Part shown: in pieces, positions 8,030 through 15,788 of the stretch | How the letters are laid out: each line of letters opens with the position of its first letter | Numbering within the stretch: position 1 is the stretch's first letter | Made by a program: the position numbers and the translations under genes | Virus genome (UHGV): UHGV-1488538 | From: a virus | Reading direction: 5' to 3' (one strand) | Length of the DNA stretch: 39,106 nt | Notes under the pieces: model-generated | What the model was told of the DNA's origin: nothing | The model's database searches: none | Seen by the model: only the letters and a program-made list of their open reading frames with translations

Positions 8030-8811
8030 ACAACGTTTTTACCGCGATACAAAACCGTGACGGAGAAGCCCTTTCTCGCATGTCAGGTTATGAGCATCAG
8101 TACGTCAACAATGACAATGTGGTGAACATGTCAGCAGAGAGGCTTGTTGATGCCCTTTTTAAACAGCTGAAACAACTGTTTCCGGCGGCAGTGGTAACCA
8201 ACCTGAAGACGCCAGAGCAGGAAGTTGCTGCAAAACAGCAGTGGATTGCTGCGTTTGCCGAAGGGGGGATCCGAACCCGTGAACAGGTTTCTGCTGGTAT
8301 GCGCCACGCCCGCGCCAGTGAATCTCCGTTCTGGCCGTCTCCAGGGCAATTTATCAAGTGGTGCAAAGACAGCAAGATGGTTCTTGGCGTCACCATTGAC
8401 GATGTGATGGCGGAGTTTCACCGGTACAGCAAGGAAAAAAGTTTATATCCTGGTGGTCCCGAAAGATTCCCGTGGCGACATCCGGTTATGTACTGGATCG
8501 TATGTGATACCCGCCGTGCAATGTATCAGCGCCAGCTTAGCGAGATTGAGGTTGAGAAACACGCACGCAGGCTGCTCGATGATTGGGCGAAAAAGGTGGC
8601 TTCCGGACAGCAGATACCCGATCCGGTGATCAGCATACAGGCAAAGCCAGAGCCCATGAGTACGCCTCCGGACACAGGGAGAGACGTTTACCATCCACCA
8701 GGGCGAAGTTTCGGGTGCATGCCTAACGCCGCCACCCTTGGGGGAATAACACCGGCGCAGTGGCTGATGGAGGAATACAGGCGGGGAAAGGCGGCAGGAT
8801 TTATCAAGTAA
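8011..8811 (+). CDS. Replication protein P-like helicase loader
   Basis: Segments QQWIAAFAEGGIRTREQVSAGMRHARASESPFWPSPGQFIKWC and SLYPGGPERFPW match lambda P as I recall it; probable true start GTG at 8026 with GGGAGGA RBS (GTGA overlap with O-like stop). Confidence 0.85.
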   Translation: MGGFLVNNVFTAIQNRDGEALSRMSGYEHQYVNNDNVVNMSAERLVDALFKQLKQLFPAAVVTNLKTPEQEVAAKQQWIAAFAEGGIRTREQVSAGMRHARASESPFWPSPGQFIKWCKDSKMVLGVTIDDVMAEFHRYSKEKSLYPGGPERFPWRHPVMYWIVCDTRRAMYQRQLSEIEVEKHARRLLDDWAKKVASGQQIPDPVISIQAKPEPMSTPPDTGRDVYHPPGRSFGCMPNAATLGGITPAQWLMEEYRRGKAAGFIK

Positions 8812-8814
8812 TAC

Positions 8815-8836
8815 CAGCGCGATAGCGCATTTTTTT
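8815..8836 (+). terminator. Weak terminator-like hairpin plus T7 run
   Basis: GCGC-gata-GCGC then TTTTTTT; short stem. Confidence 0.35.
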
Positions 8837-8848
8837 ACGCCTCGACAA

Positions 8849-8863
8849 TTACCTGTTAGGTAA
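8849..8863. promoter_or_regulatory. Operator TTACC-TGTTA-GGTAA
   Basis: Perfect palindrome about 20 bp upstream of candidate -35 TTGATT (8883-8888). Confidence 0.65.
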
Positions 8864-8910
8864 TAAAATATTCTAAAATCTATTGATTTCGTGTCTTATG
8901 TGGTTTTTAA

Positions 8911-8925
8911 TTACCTCAGGGGTAA
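8911..8925. promoter_or_regulatory. Operator TTACC-TCAGG-GGTAA overlapping RBS of gene 8929
   Basis: Perfect palindrome ending 3 nt before the ATG. Confidence 0.65.
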
Positions 8926-8928
8926 ATC

Positions 8929-9273
8929 ATGAGAAAACAGATACAGGCTCTTGGTCGACTCAAAACAGGTCAGATGAACAAAACAGAATCTGCGTATTGC
9001 CAGCACCTTGAGCAGCGTAAACGTGCAGGGGAAATCGCCTGGTATCGGTTCGAGGGTATCAAGCTGCGGTTAGCTGATAACACGTTTTATACGCCAGATT
9101 TCGCTGTGATGCTCGCCACCGGCGAGATGGAACTGCACGAAGTGAAAGGTTTCTGGACCGACGACGCCAGGGTGAAAACCAAAGTCGCCGCAGATCAGTA
9201 TCCGTTCCGAATCATCGGGGTAACGGTTAAGCCAAAGAAAGCAGGTGGTGGCTGGAACATCGAAGAGTTCTGA
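8929..9273 (+). CDS. Hypothetical protein, possible PD-(D/E)XK-type nuclease
   Basis: 114 aa; TPDFAV...ELHEVKG pattern suggests D...E.K nuclease motif; assignment tentative. Confidence 0.5.
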   Translation: MRKQIQALGRLKTGQMNKTESAYCQHLEQRKRAGEIAWYRFEGIKLRLADNTFYTPDFAVMLATGEMELHEVKGFWTDDARVKTKVAADQYPFRIIGVTVKPKKAGGGWNIEEF

Positions 9274-9334
9274 ATCGACGATCTTTTTAGTTATCAATGT
9301 AATCAATAAGTTATGTGGATAAGCGAGGGTAAAG

Positions 9335-9853
9335 ATGGAAAGTAATATCAAAGGGTTAGTTTCCGCCGGGCATGAGATGGCTTCGGAACTGAAAGCAGAA
9401 TGTGGTGCCGTTGATATGCGCAGTGTGGCAAAGCTGATCAGCGATTTGGCAACGCAACTGGAAGTGCAACTGGTGCGTGCTAATGCGCTGGCGGCGGAGA
9501 ATGCGGGGCTTAAACAGTCGGAGAAGGAATTTAATAACTTCTGTCGTCAGGAGTACTACGGTTGGGAGGACAACTTCACGGAAACTCCAGCCACCGATGC
9601 TTTTCTGGCTGAAATTCGTGCGGAGGCTCGCAACGAGGGGATTAACTATACCGCCAGCCGTCTTGCTGCTGCGTTCAATCACGGATTTATCAATAAGTCT
9701 TTGCGTGAAGTTTTCGACGTTACACGCATGATTTTGTCAGCGAAAGAAGAGTTGGTTAATGAAGCGCATCCGATTGATGGCCTGTCTGGTGAATATGCGG
9801 AGAAATCCCTTGAAGAATGGGCGGAACAGATTCGCAAAGGAGGCAAGCAGTGA
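9335..9853 (+). CDS. Hypothetical protein (172 aa)
   Basis: ORF track; operon context. Confidence 0.55.
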   Translation: MESNIKGLVSAGHEMASELKAECGAVDMRSVAKLISDLATQLEVQLVRANALAAENAGLKQSEKEFNNFCRQEYYGWEDNFTETPATDAFLAEIRAEARNEGINYTASRLAAAFNHGFINKSLREVFDVTRMILSAKEELVNEAHPIDGLSGEYAEKSLEEWAEQIRKGGKQ

Positions 9854-10149
9854 GTGTATATCTCATTGATAAACGTCGACGTGGGCAACAAATACCACCT
9901 GTAGGAATTCCGAATCACACATGGTTTTGCGTACTTGATATCGATGGTATGGATGCGTTGGTTGACACTCGTCATTACTGCGATACCGCAACAGCTACTC
10001 CGGCGAAAGCAAAGAAAATGGCTGCTCTGATAGAAAACTGGACTCCACCTGATGGTTGGTGCAATGGGAATGATCGAGATTGGCACGAAAAAATGAAGGG
10101 CTATATCTGTGATTTTTTACGTAAATGCAACGGCTTCAGGGTGATGTGA
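9850..10149 (+). CDS. Hypothetical protein (~99 aa)
   Basis: GTG start at 9850 preceded by AAAGGAGG RBS, GTGA overlap with upstream stop; track ORF starts 9817. Confidence 0.5.
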   Translation: MSVYLIDKRRRGQQIPPVGIPNHTWFCVLDIDGMDALVDTRHYCDTATATPAKAKKMAALIENWTPPDGWCNGNDRDWHEKMKGYICDFLRKCNGFRVM

Positions 10150-10150
10150 T

Positions 10151-10984
10151 ATGACCAAAATTAACTATCAGGCACTGCGTGAAAAGGCAGAGAAAGCAAC
10201 GTGTGGTGTGTGGTCGCTCGAATATGGAGAGGGCCGATTTGATGGTGATGATGCGCTAATTCATCGTGAAGTTGCTGGATATATTCCCATTTGCAGAATT
10301 GAAGGAGCGCATCCTGAAAGCGGTTTCGATGAAGATTTCCAAATAGAACAGCAGGCCAATGCTGAATTCATCGCCGCAGCCAATCCAGCTACCGTGCTGG
10401 CACTACTGGATGAACGAGAAAGAAACCAGCAATACATAAAACGCCGCGACCAGGAGAACGAGGATATTGCGCTAACGGTAGGGAAGCTGCGCGTTGAGCT
10501 GGAAGGCAAAGACAGCAAAATAGCCAATCTTACCGCCGAACGCGATGCTCTTCGTGAAGGTGAGATGGGCGACGCTAGGCATAGCAACACACGGGCCGCA
10601 GCTGATATCTACTTCCAACTGGTCGAGGAGTGCGAAATTCCTGCTGGCGGTTCTCTGGTCGAGTACGTTGACGATATGCGCGAGAAGCTGGAAGCCGCAG
10701 AGAAGCGCATTGCAGAACTGGAAGCACGGGAAATAAAACCAGCCAAAGGCGAAGTTCTTGTCGTTGTTTCTGGTTTTACTGGTTGCGGAAAAAGCGCCAT
10801 CGCCGGGGAAATAGAAATCGCGATGAAGGCTATTGGTGTACCGGTTCAGTGGACTAATGGCGATGTGGAAAAGCGCATGACAGGAGCTGACTGGCTGACA
10901 GCGATTGAGATGTACAAACCAACAGTGCGCATCGTGGAAGTTAATGTGCCACGCGCCCCTGGCATTCGCATCAAAGGAGAGTGA
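10151..10984 (+). CDS. Ead/Ea22-like protein
   Basis: 277 aa; N-terminus MTKINYQALREKAEKATCGVWSLEYGEG resembles the Ea22-like family as recalled; coiled-coil middle. Confidence 0.6.
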   Translation: MTKINYQALREKAEKATCGVWSLEYGEGRFDGDDALIHREVAGYIPICRIEGAHPESGFDEDFQIEQQANAEFIAAANPATVLALLDERERNQQYIKRRDQENEDIALTVGKLRVELEGKDSKIANLTAERDALREGEMGDARHSNTRAAADIYFQLVEECEIPAGGSLVEYVDDMREKLEAAEKRIAELEAREIKPAKGEVLVVVSGFTGCGKSAIAGEIEIAMKAIGVPVQWTNGDVEKRMTGADWLTAIEMYKPTVRIVEVNVPRAPGIRIKGE

Positions 10985-10985
10985 T

Positions 10986-11564
10986 ATGACTACTATAACC
11001 GATAAGAAACAGTATCCAGGCGAGCAATATCTTAATGAGCTAATCACCAACATAGAGTTTGCTGCAAGGGCACCAGTTGAAGTCGTGAGAGCGATGGCAG
11101 CAGAGCTACAGAAGCTGCGCGAAGCTGATAGTGCAGAACCTGTAAGCCAAACTTACAAGTTGCCTCCCCTGTCATCCAACGAAGTAAACGACGCGGCATG
11201 GAAATTACACGACATGCTGACTGAACATGGCCCGCTAAATGGGCGTCAGTTCAACAATCTGAAAGGTTGCTTCTATGAGGCATTAAAGGTCGCAATGCGC
11301 AACTATCCGGTAACTCCGGATAGTTGGATAAGCTGTAGTGAGCGAATGCCAGAAATGGGAGAGCGACAATGCTATGTGTTAGCTGCTGACTTTAAAAACA
11401 ACTACCCACCAGGCATCCCCAACACTCAGGTCGGCGTATATGGCGACTGGTTTAATGATGGCAAGCCCACTTGGGATGACGGTGGTGGCGAAGACCTGTA
11501 TCTCAAGGAGGTAACCCACTGGATGCCTCTACCAGAACCGCCGCAGGAGGTTAACCGTGGCTAA
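10986..11564 (+). CDS. DUF551-like phage protein
   Basis: 192 aa from internal ATG; C-terminal WISCSERMPE...THWMPLPEPP resembles DUF551; family assignment from memory. Confidence 0.5.
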   Translation: MTTITDKKQYPGEQYLNELITNIEFAARAPVEVVRAMAAELQKLREADSAEPVSQTYKLPPLSSNEVNDAAWKLHDMLTEHGPLNGRQFNNLKGCFYEALKVAMRNYPVTPDSWISCSERMPEMGERQCYVLAADFKNNYPPGIPNTQVGVYGDWFNDGKPTWDDGGGEDLYLKEVTHWMPLPEPPQEVNRG

Positions 11565-11838
11565 CCTGCAACTTGCCGTCAAAGGTGAATACTTCGATGC
11601 CATCATTCGCGGAGAGAAAACGGAAGAGTATCGCCTGTGTAATGACTACTGGAATAAGCGAATTATGTTCAGGGATTATGACCGCCTGATTATCACAAAG
11701 GGATATCCGAAGCGCGAAGACTTCAGTCGCAGAATTGACGTCCCGTATAACGGATATGAAATAAAGACAATCACACATCCGCACTTCGGTGATAAACCGG
11801 TAAAGGTGTTCGCGATAAAGGTAAATATTGATGGCTAA
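11557..11838 (+). CDS. Hypothetical protein, possibly ASCH-domain
   Basis: 93 aa; tentative. Confidence 0.45.
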   Translation: MANLQLAVKGEYFDAIIRGEKTEEYRLCNDYWNKRIMFRDYDRLIITKGYPKREDFSRRIDVPYNGYEIKTITHPHFGDKPVKVFAIKVNIDG

Positions 11839-12169
11839 ATCAGCAGCAGAGCGCAAAGCCGCTCAGAGAGCCAGACAAGCTGCATCTGGTGTGCGTAAGC
11901 TGGAGATTGTGCTTGATGCTCAGGAAATTGAAATTCTGGAGCGTAACTGTGCCACGCGTCGCCCCGGGCGTGCGCCTTACGAATTTGGTGAGTATATAGC
12001 GTTACTGATCCGCCAGGATGATGCACGCGTGCACGGGCGTATAAAATCGATCAGCAGAACACGTTGCGGTAAGTGCGGCGAGAGAGTTCCAGTTAATTCA
12101 TGTCCGTGTAATGGTGACTCACAATGCTGGGTGACTAAAGGCTGGCATGAAACGAAATTAATAGTGTGA
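11828..12169 (+). CDS. Hypothetical basic protein with C-terminal zinc-ribbon (CGKCG...CPCNG); candidate late regulator
   Basis: 113 aa; last gene before terminator and terminase operon. Confidence 0.5.
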   Translation: MMAKSAAERKAAQRARQAASGVRKLEIVLDAQEIEILERNCATRRPGRAPYEFGEYIALLIRQDDARVHGRIKSISRTRCGKCGERVPVNSCPCNGDSQCWVTKGWHETKLIV

Positions 12170-12177
12170 CATGTCAC
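12166..12177. repeat. 12-bp palindrome GTGACATGTCAC (copy 1 of 3)
   Basis: Exact; overlaps stop codon of gene 11828-12169. Confidence 0.7.
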
Positions 12178-12218
12178 GAGTAGATTATGCATGATGAATT
12201 TGACGGGTTTTGAATACT

Positions 12219-12245
12219 GCCGCCAACTATGGCGGCTTTATTTTG
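12219..12245 (+). terminator. Rho-independent terminator (GCCGCC-aactat-GGCGGC-TTTATTTT)
   Basis: 6-bp GC stem plus T-rich tail, immediately upstream of terminase operon. Confidence 0.7.
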
Positions 12246-12255
12246 CATGGTACTA

Positions 12256-12270
12256 TTACCACAACGGTAA
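12256..12270. promoter_or_regulatory. Operator TTACC-ACAAC-GGTAA in terminase 5' region
   Basis: Perfect palindrome 18 bp upstream of terminase small-subunit ATG. Confidence 0.65.
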
Positions 12271-12273
12271 CTA

Positions 12274-12288
12274 TTACCACGGTGGTTA
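12274..12288. promoter_or_regulatory. Operator-like TTACC-ACGGT-GGTTA overlapping terminase RBS and start
   Basis: 1 mismatch. Confidence 0.45.
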
Positions 12289-12884
12289 TGATGCCTGCTG
12301 AACCTAAAACCTATAAACGCAAATCAACGCAATTTAAGCCACTAACAGCAATGCAGGAGGCTTATTGCCAGTCATACATCAAAACGCCTGAAAACCAGAC
12401 TCAGGCAGCGATTAACGCAGGATTCTCCCCAAATACAGCGGCAGTTAAAGCCAGTGTCATGATGCGCGATGAACGCATTCAAAAACGGATTGCCGAGTTG
12501 ATGGAGGAGCGCAACAAACGAATGCGTGTCAGTGCTGATTACGTTCTCATGCGCCTGGTGGAGATCGACCAGATGGACGTGATCGACATCCTCAACGACG
12601 ATGGGAGCCTTAAACCAATCCGTGAGTGGCCGAAAATCTGGCGCACTACGCTTAGTGGCTTTGATCTGTCATCGACCATCATGAACATGAACGAGGATTC
12701 AATAGAGACAATCCTCAAAAAAATTAAATGGCCTGACAAGGTGAAGAACCTTGAGCTGATTGGTAAGCATGTTGATGTCAACGCATTCAAAGAACGTCTG
12801 GATGTTAATGTGAATGTGACAATTGCTGATCGCATAGCAGCAGCCAGGAAGCGACTCAAAGAACGTCAGGATGGTAATCAGTGA
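12288..12884 (+). CDS. Terminase small subunit
   Basis: Position immediately upstream of large terminase with 4-nt overlap; start at ATG 12288 (track ORF from 12210). Confidence 0.7.
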   Translation: MMPAEPKTYKRKSTQFKPLTAMQEAYCQSYIKTPENQTQAAINAGFSPNTAAVKASVMMRDERIQKRIAELMEERNKRMRVSADYVLMRLVEIDQMDVIDILNDDGSLKPIREWPKIWRTTLSGFDLSSTIMNMNEDSIETILKKIKWPDKVKNLELIGKHVDVNAFKERLDVNVNVTIADRIAAARKRLKERQDGNQ

Positions 12885-14356
12885 CAGATACAGCGTTATC
12901 TCCTGAAGAGCAGTTAATCGAGGATATTGCAGGGTTCACTCACGATCCGCTTGGCTATGCCCTCTATGCGTTCCCGTGGGGGGAAGATGGGACTGAACTG
13001 GCACATGCCACCGGTCCACGTCAGTGGCAGGCTGATGCGTTCCGAGAGATACGTGATCACCTGCAGAATCCAGAGACGCGCTATCAGCCGCTTATGCTGG
13101 CACGCGCTTCGGGTCACGGTATTGGTAAATCCGCATTCATCTCAATGCTGATCAACTGGGGCATGTCCACTTGCGAGGATTGTAAGGTTGTGGTGACCGC
13201 CAACACCGACAACCAGCTACGAACGAAGACCTGGCCGGAAATTATCAAGTGGTCGAACCTTGCTATCACGAAAGACTGGTTTACCTGTACCGCTACCGCG
13301 ATGTACAGCAATGATCCTGGACACGACAAGCGGTGGCGAGCTGACGCAATACCCTGGTCTGAGCACAACACTGAGGCATTCGCCGGACTACACAACGAGC
13401 GCAAACGCATCATCGTGGTATTCGATGAAGCGTCGAACATTGCGGATCTGGTGTGGGAAGTTGCTGAGGGTGCGCTTACGGACGAAGACACTGAGATTAT
13501 CTGGGTGGCGTTCGGAAACCCTACACGTAACACCGGGCGTTTTCGCGAATGTTTCCGCAAATATAAACACCGCTGGAAAACTGCGCAGATTGACAGCCGG
13601 ACGGTGGAAGGCACTAACAAACAGCAGTTGCAGAAATGGGTTGATGACTACGGGGAAGACAGCGACTTCGTTAAAATCCGTGTGCGCGGCATATTCCCGG
13701 ATGCATCTGAATTGCAGTTTATCCCTACCGGCCTTACTGACGAGGCAATGAAACGGGTGGTAACCGCTGCGCAGGTTGCACATGCTCCGGTGATAATCGG
13801 CGTTGACCCGGCATACTCCGGCGTTGATGACGCTGTGATATACCTGCGGCAGGGGCTGCACAGTAAGGTGCTGTGGACTGGCAACAAGACCACTGACGAT
13901 CTGATTATGGCGAAGCGTATCGCTGACTTTGAAGACCAGTACCAGGCTGACGCAGTGTTCATCGACTTCGGTTACGGAACTGGTCTGAAGTCAATCGGTG
14001 ATGGCTGGGGTCGTACATGGCAACTTGTTCCGTTCGGTGGCGCGTCTACTGACCCGCAGATGCTCAACAAGCGTGGGGAGATGTTCAACTCATGCAAGAC
14101 ATGGCTGAGGCTGGGCGGCATGCTGGATGACCAGGAAACAGCGGACGACCTGTCTGCGGCAGAGTACAAAGTTCGAGTGGACGGTAAAATCGTTATCGAA
14201 CCGAAGGAAGATATCAAGGAGCGGCTTGGGCGTTCTCCTGGTAAAGGCGATGCGCTACTGCTGACGTTTGCGTTCCCTGTGTCGAAGCGTCTGCGAATTC
14301 CCGGGCAGCAGAACCAGCAAGGCAAGGCCATCACAGATTACGATCCATATGCTTAA
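12881..14356 (+). CDS. Terminase large subunit
   Basis: 491 aa; Walker A-like GHGIGKS; size and position. Confidence 0.9.
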   Translation: MTDTALSPEEQLIEDIAGFTHDPLGYALYAFPWGEDGTELAHATGPRQWQADAFREIRDHLQNPETRYQPLMLARASGHGIGKSAFISMLINWGMSTCEDCKVVVTANTDNQLRTKTWPEIIKWSNLAITKDWFTCTATAMYSNDPGHDKRWRADAIPWSEHNTEAFAGLHNERKRIIVVFDEASNIADLVWEVAEGALTDEDTEIIWVAFGNPTRNTGRFRECFRKYKHRWKTAQIDSRTVEGTNKQQLQKWVDDYGEDSDFVKIRVRGIFPDASELQFIPTGLTDEAMKRVVTAAQVAHAPVIIGVDPAYSGVDDAVIYLRQGLHSKVLWTGNKTTDDLIMAKRIADFEDQYQADAVFIDFGYGTGLKSIGDGWGRTWQLVPFGGASTDPQMLNKRGEMFNSCKTWLRLGGMLDDQETADDLSAAEYKVRVDGKIVIEPKEDIKERLGRSPGKGDALLLTFAFPVSKRLRIPGQQNQQGKAITDYDPYA

Positions 14357-14407
14357 TCCGCTGGTGGGGATAATGTCGTTGATATCCTCTGATGAGGATA
14401 AAACAAA

Positions 14408-14431
14408 GCCAGCTCATCGGCTGGCTGTTTG
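14408..14431 (+). terminator. Terminator-like hairpin after terminase (GCCAGC-tcatcg-GCTGGC)
   Basis: 6-bp stem, weak T tail. Confidence 0.45.
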
Positions 14432-14442
14432 TGACATGTCAC
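14431..14442. repeat. 12-bp palindrome GTGACATGTCAC (copy 2 of 3)
   Basis: Exact; abuts terminator hairpin and 3' end of minus-strand moron. Confidence 0.7.
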
Positions 14443-14446
14443 GGTG

Positions 14447-14866
14447 TTACTTAATGGCATTAAATCCAGCGTTGATGGCTTCCGCAATATTGATGGCACT
14501 TGTTTTATCGAAGTGCCCATTCTGAATAAGCGCCGCATGCAGGCATTGTAACTTCATGTTGTATAAGTGTTCGCTCATGTAATCATTATCACTTTTTGCT
14601 TTAGCGTAAACAGCGCGAGAAATATCAAAAACATCGCCTTTTTCCATTTCAGAACGTTGTGCTGTTATCCAGTCATGGAACGTAACGCTAGTACCATGGT
14701 CTTCGCTAAGAGTTAACCCGGCCAGTCCCTCACTCTGAATTACTTCGTAATGCATTTCATTACCAGCAAAAACGCCATAAAAAATGCAGTCTTCAGCCTG
14801 AACGATACGAGAATATTTTAATGGCCATTCATTTAGATACTTAGCCAACATATCAATTGTCTTCAT
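14447..14866 (-). CDS. Hypothetical protein (139 aa), opposite-strand moron
   Basis: AAGGTGAG RBS; transcribed against flanking late genes. Confidence 0.6.
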   Translation of the reverse strand: MKTIDMLAKYLNEWPLKYSRIVQAEDCIFYGVFAGNEMHYEVIQSEGLAGLTLSEDHGTSVTFHDWITAQRSEMEKGDVFDISRAVYAKAKSDNDYMSEHLYNMKLQCLHAALIQNGHFDKTSAINIAEAINAGFNAIK

Positions 14867-14875
14867 GATCTCACC

Positions 14876-14900
14876 TTAAAAAATGCCCGGCGAACCGGGC
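14876..14900 (-). terminator. Hairpin GCCCGG-ttcg-CCGGGC plus U-run (minus strand)
   Basis: Directly upstream of moron RBS. Confidence 0.5.
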
Positions 14901-14977
14901 GAACTGGAAGCAATGAGTTATGCCTTCCGTGGCTGTACGGGTTTACAGCATGAAGTCATCGCAATGGCGTCCTGCTG

Positions 14978-15020
14978 TAAAAAGGGCGGTGATAGTCCTT
15001 CAAGGGAAACTATCACCGCC
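14978..15020 (-). terminator. Strong rho-independent terminator 3' of tRNA (12-bp stem GGCGGTGATAGT, U-run)
   Basis: 12-bp perfect inverted repeat followed by T-tract on the minus strand. Confidence 0.75.
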
Positions 15021-15063
15021 AAGCACCTGGAACTTCTGGCATCACGGTCCTTAGGCGTGATTC

Positions 15064-15140
15064 TGGCGTGGCATGCAGGATTCGAACCTGCGACCAACCG
15101 CTTAGAAGGCGGTTGCTCTGTCCAACTGAGCTAATGCCAC
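15064..15140 (-). tRNA. tRNA-Arg (anticodon UCU)
   Basis: 77-nt cloverleaf folded by hand on the minus strand: 7-bp acceptor stem GTGGCAT/ATGCCAC, D-arm GCTC/GAGC, anticodon stem ACCGC/GCGGT with loop CTTCTAA, T-arm GCAGG-TTCGAAT-CCTGC, encoded CCA. Confidence 0.9.
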
Positions 15141-15462
15141 AACGCTGAGAGCACTTAGCCTGTTAAGGCGCCACACTTTGTCGCGGCTCCATAAATGCTC
15201 TCATCGTTGTACCCTCGTCTCTTCCGAGGCGTCACACCGAATCGCCGGGATGGTGAATCCCCGTGCGCGGAATAAAACCGCTCGACTTGCACATTCCGGC
15301 TACCTGGTTCGTTTGCCACAGCCAGGGAGGGTGCCCCTTAAACGTATCCAGACCGCTATCGGCGCATGTGCCATACGCCGTACTGCTCAAAATAAAAGCT
15401 CACCCCACCTGTTCAATTTAACGACAAGCCAGTCAGGTTAATAACCGGAATGAACTCTTTGC

Positions 15463-15477
15463 TTACCTGAAGGGTAA
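15463..15477. promoter_or_regulatory. Operator TTACC-TGAAG-GGTAA upstream of virion operon
   Basis: Perfect palindrome about 90 bp upstream of first virion-module gene. Confidence 0.65.
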
Positions 15478-15567
15478 TAATTTGTGCGTTAAATGTCAAC
15501 TGTCTACGATAAATAAATCATATGTGGTTAAATTGGTAATAATTTAATTACGTACGGAGTCATTGAT

Positions 15568-15774
15568 ATGTGCATGGGTAGCTCACCATCAGTGCCTGCA
15601 ACACCAGAAGTTCAGGCAGCACCACAGGAGCAGGATGCCGCCGTTGTTGATGCCCGCGACGAAGAAACACGTCGCCGTCGCGCTGCTGCTGGTCGTAGTT
15701 CTACGCTGCTTACCGGTTCTCAGGGCGACACATCAACCGCTAATACCAGCGGTAAAACGCTGCTTGGTCAGTAA
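15568..15774 (+). CDS. Small hypothetical virion-module protein (68 aa)
   Basis: ORF track; first gene of virion operon. Confidence 0.5.
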   Translation: MCMGSSPSVPATPEVQAAPQEQDAAVVDARDEETRRRRAAAGRSSTLLTGSQGDTSTANTSGKTLLGQ

Positions 15775-15788
15775 CCGGAGTCATTGAA

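Noticed and set aside
12914-14334. Multiple antisense and alternate-frame ORFs within the large terminase gene (e.g. 13114-13620, 13388-13861, 13972-14334)
   Set aside because: Overlap a confidently assigned CDS; low-complexity Ser/Arg-rich translations characteristic of off-frame reading.
15141-15300. Second tRNA adjacent to tRNA-Arg
   Set aside because: Hairpin with acceptor-like pairing is only ~57 nt and lacks a 7-nt T-loop and anticodon arm; cannot support a tRNA call.
15178-15441. Plus-strand ORF of 87 aa upstream of the tRNA
   Set aside because: Highly basic, no RBS; region is more plausibly non-coding tRNA leader or RNA structure.
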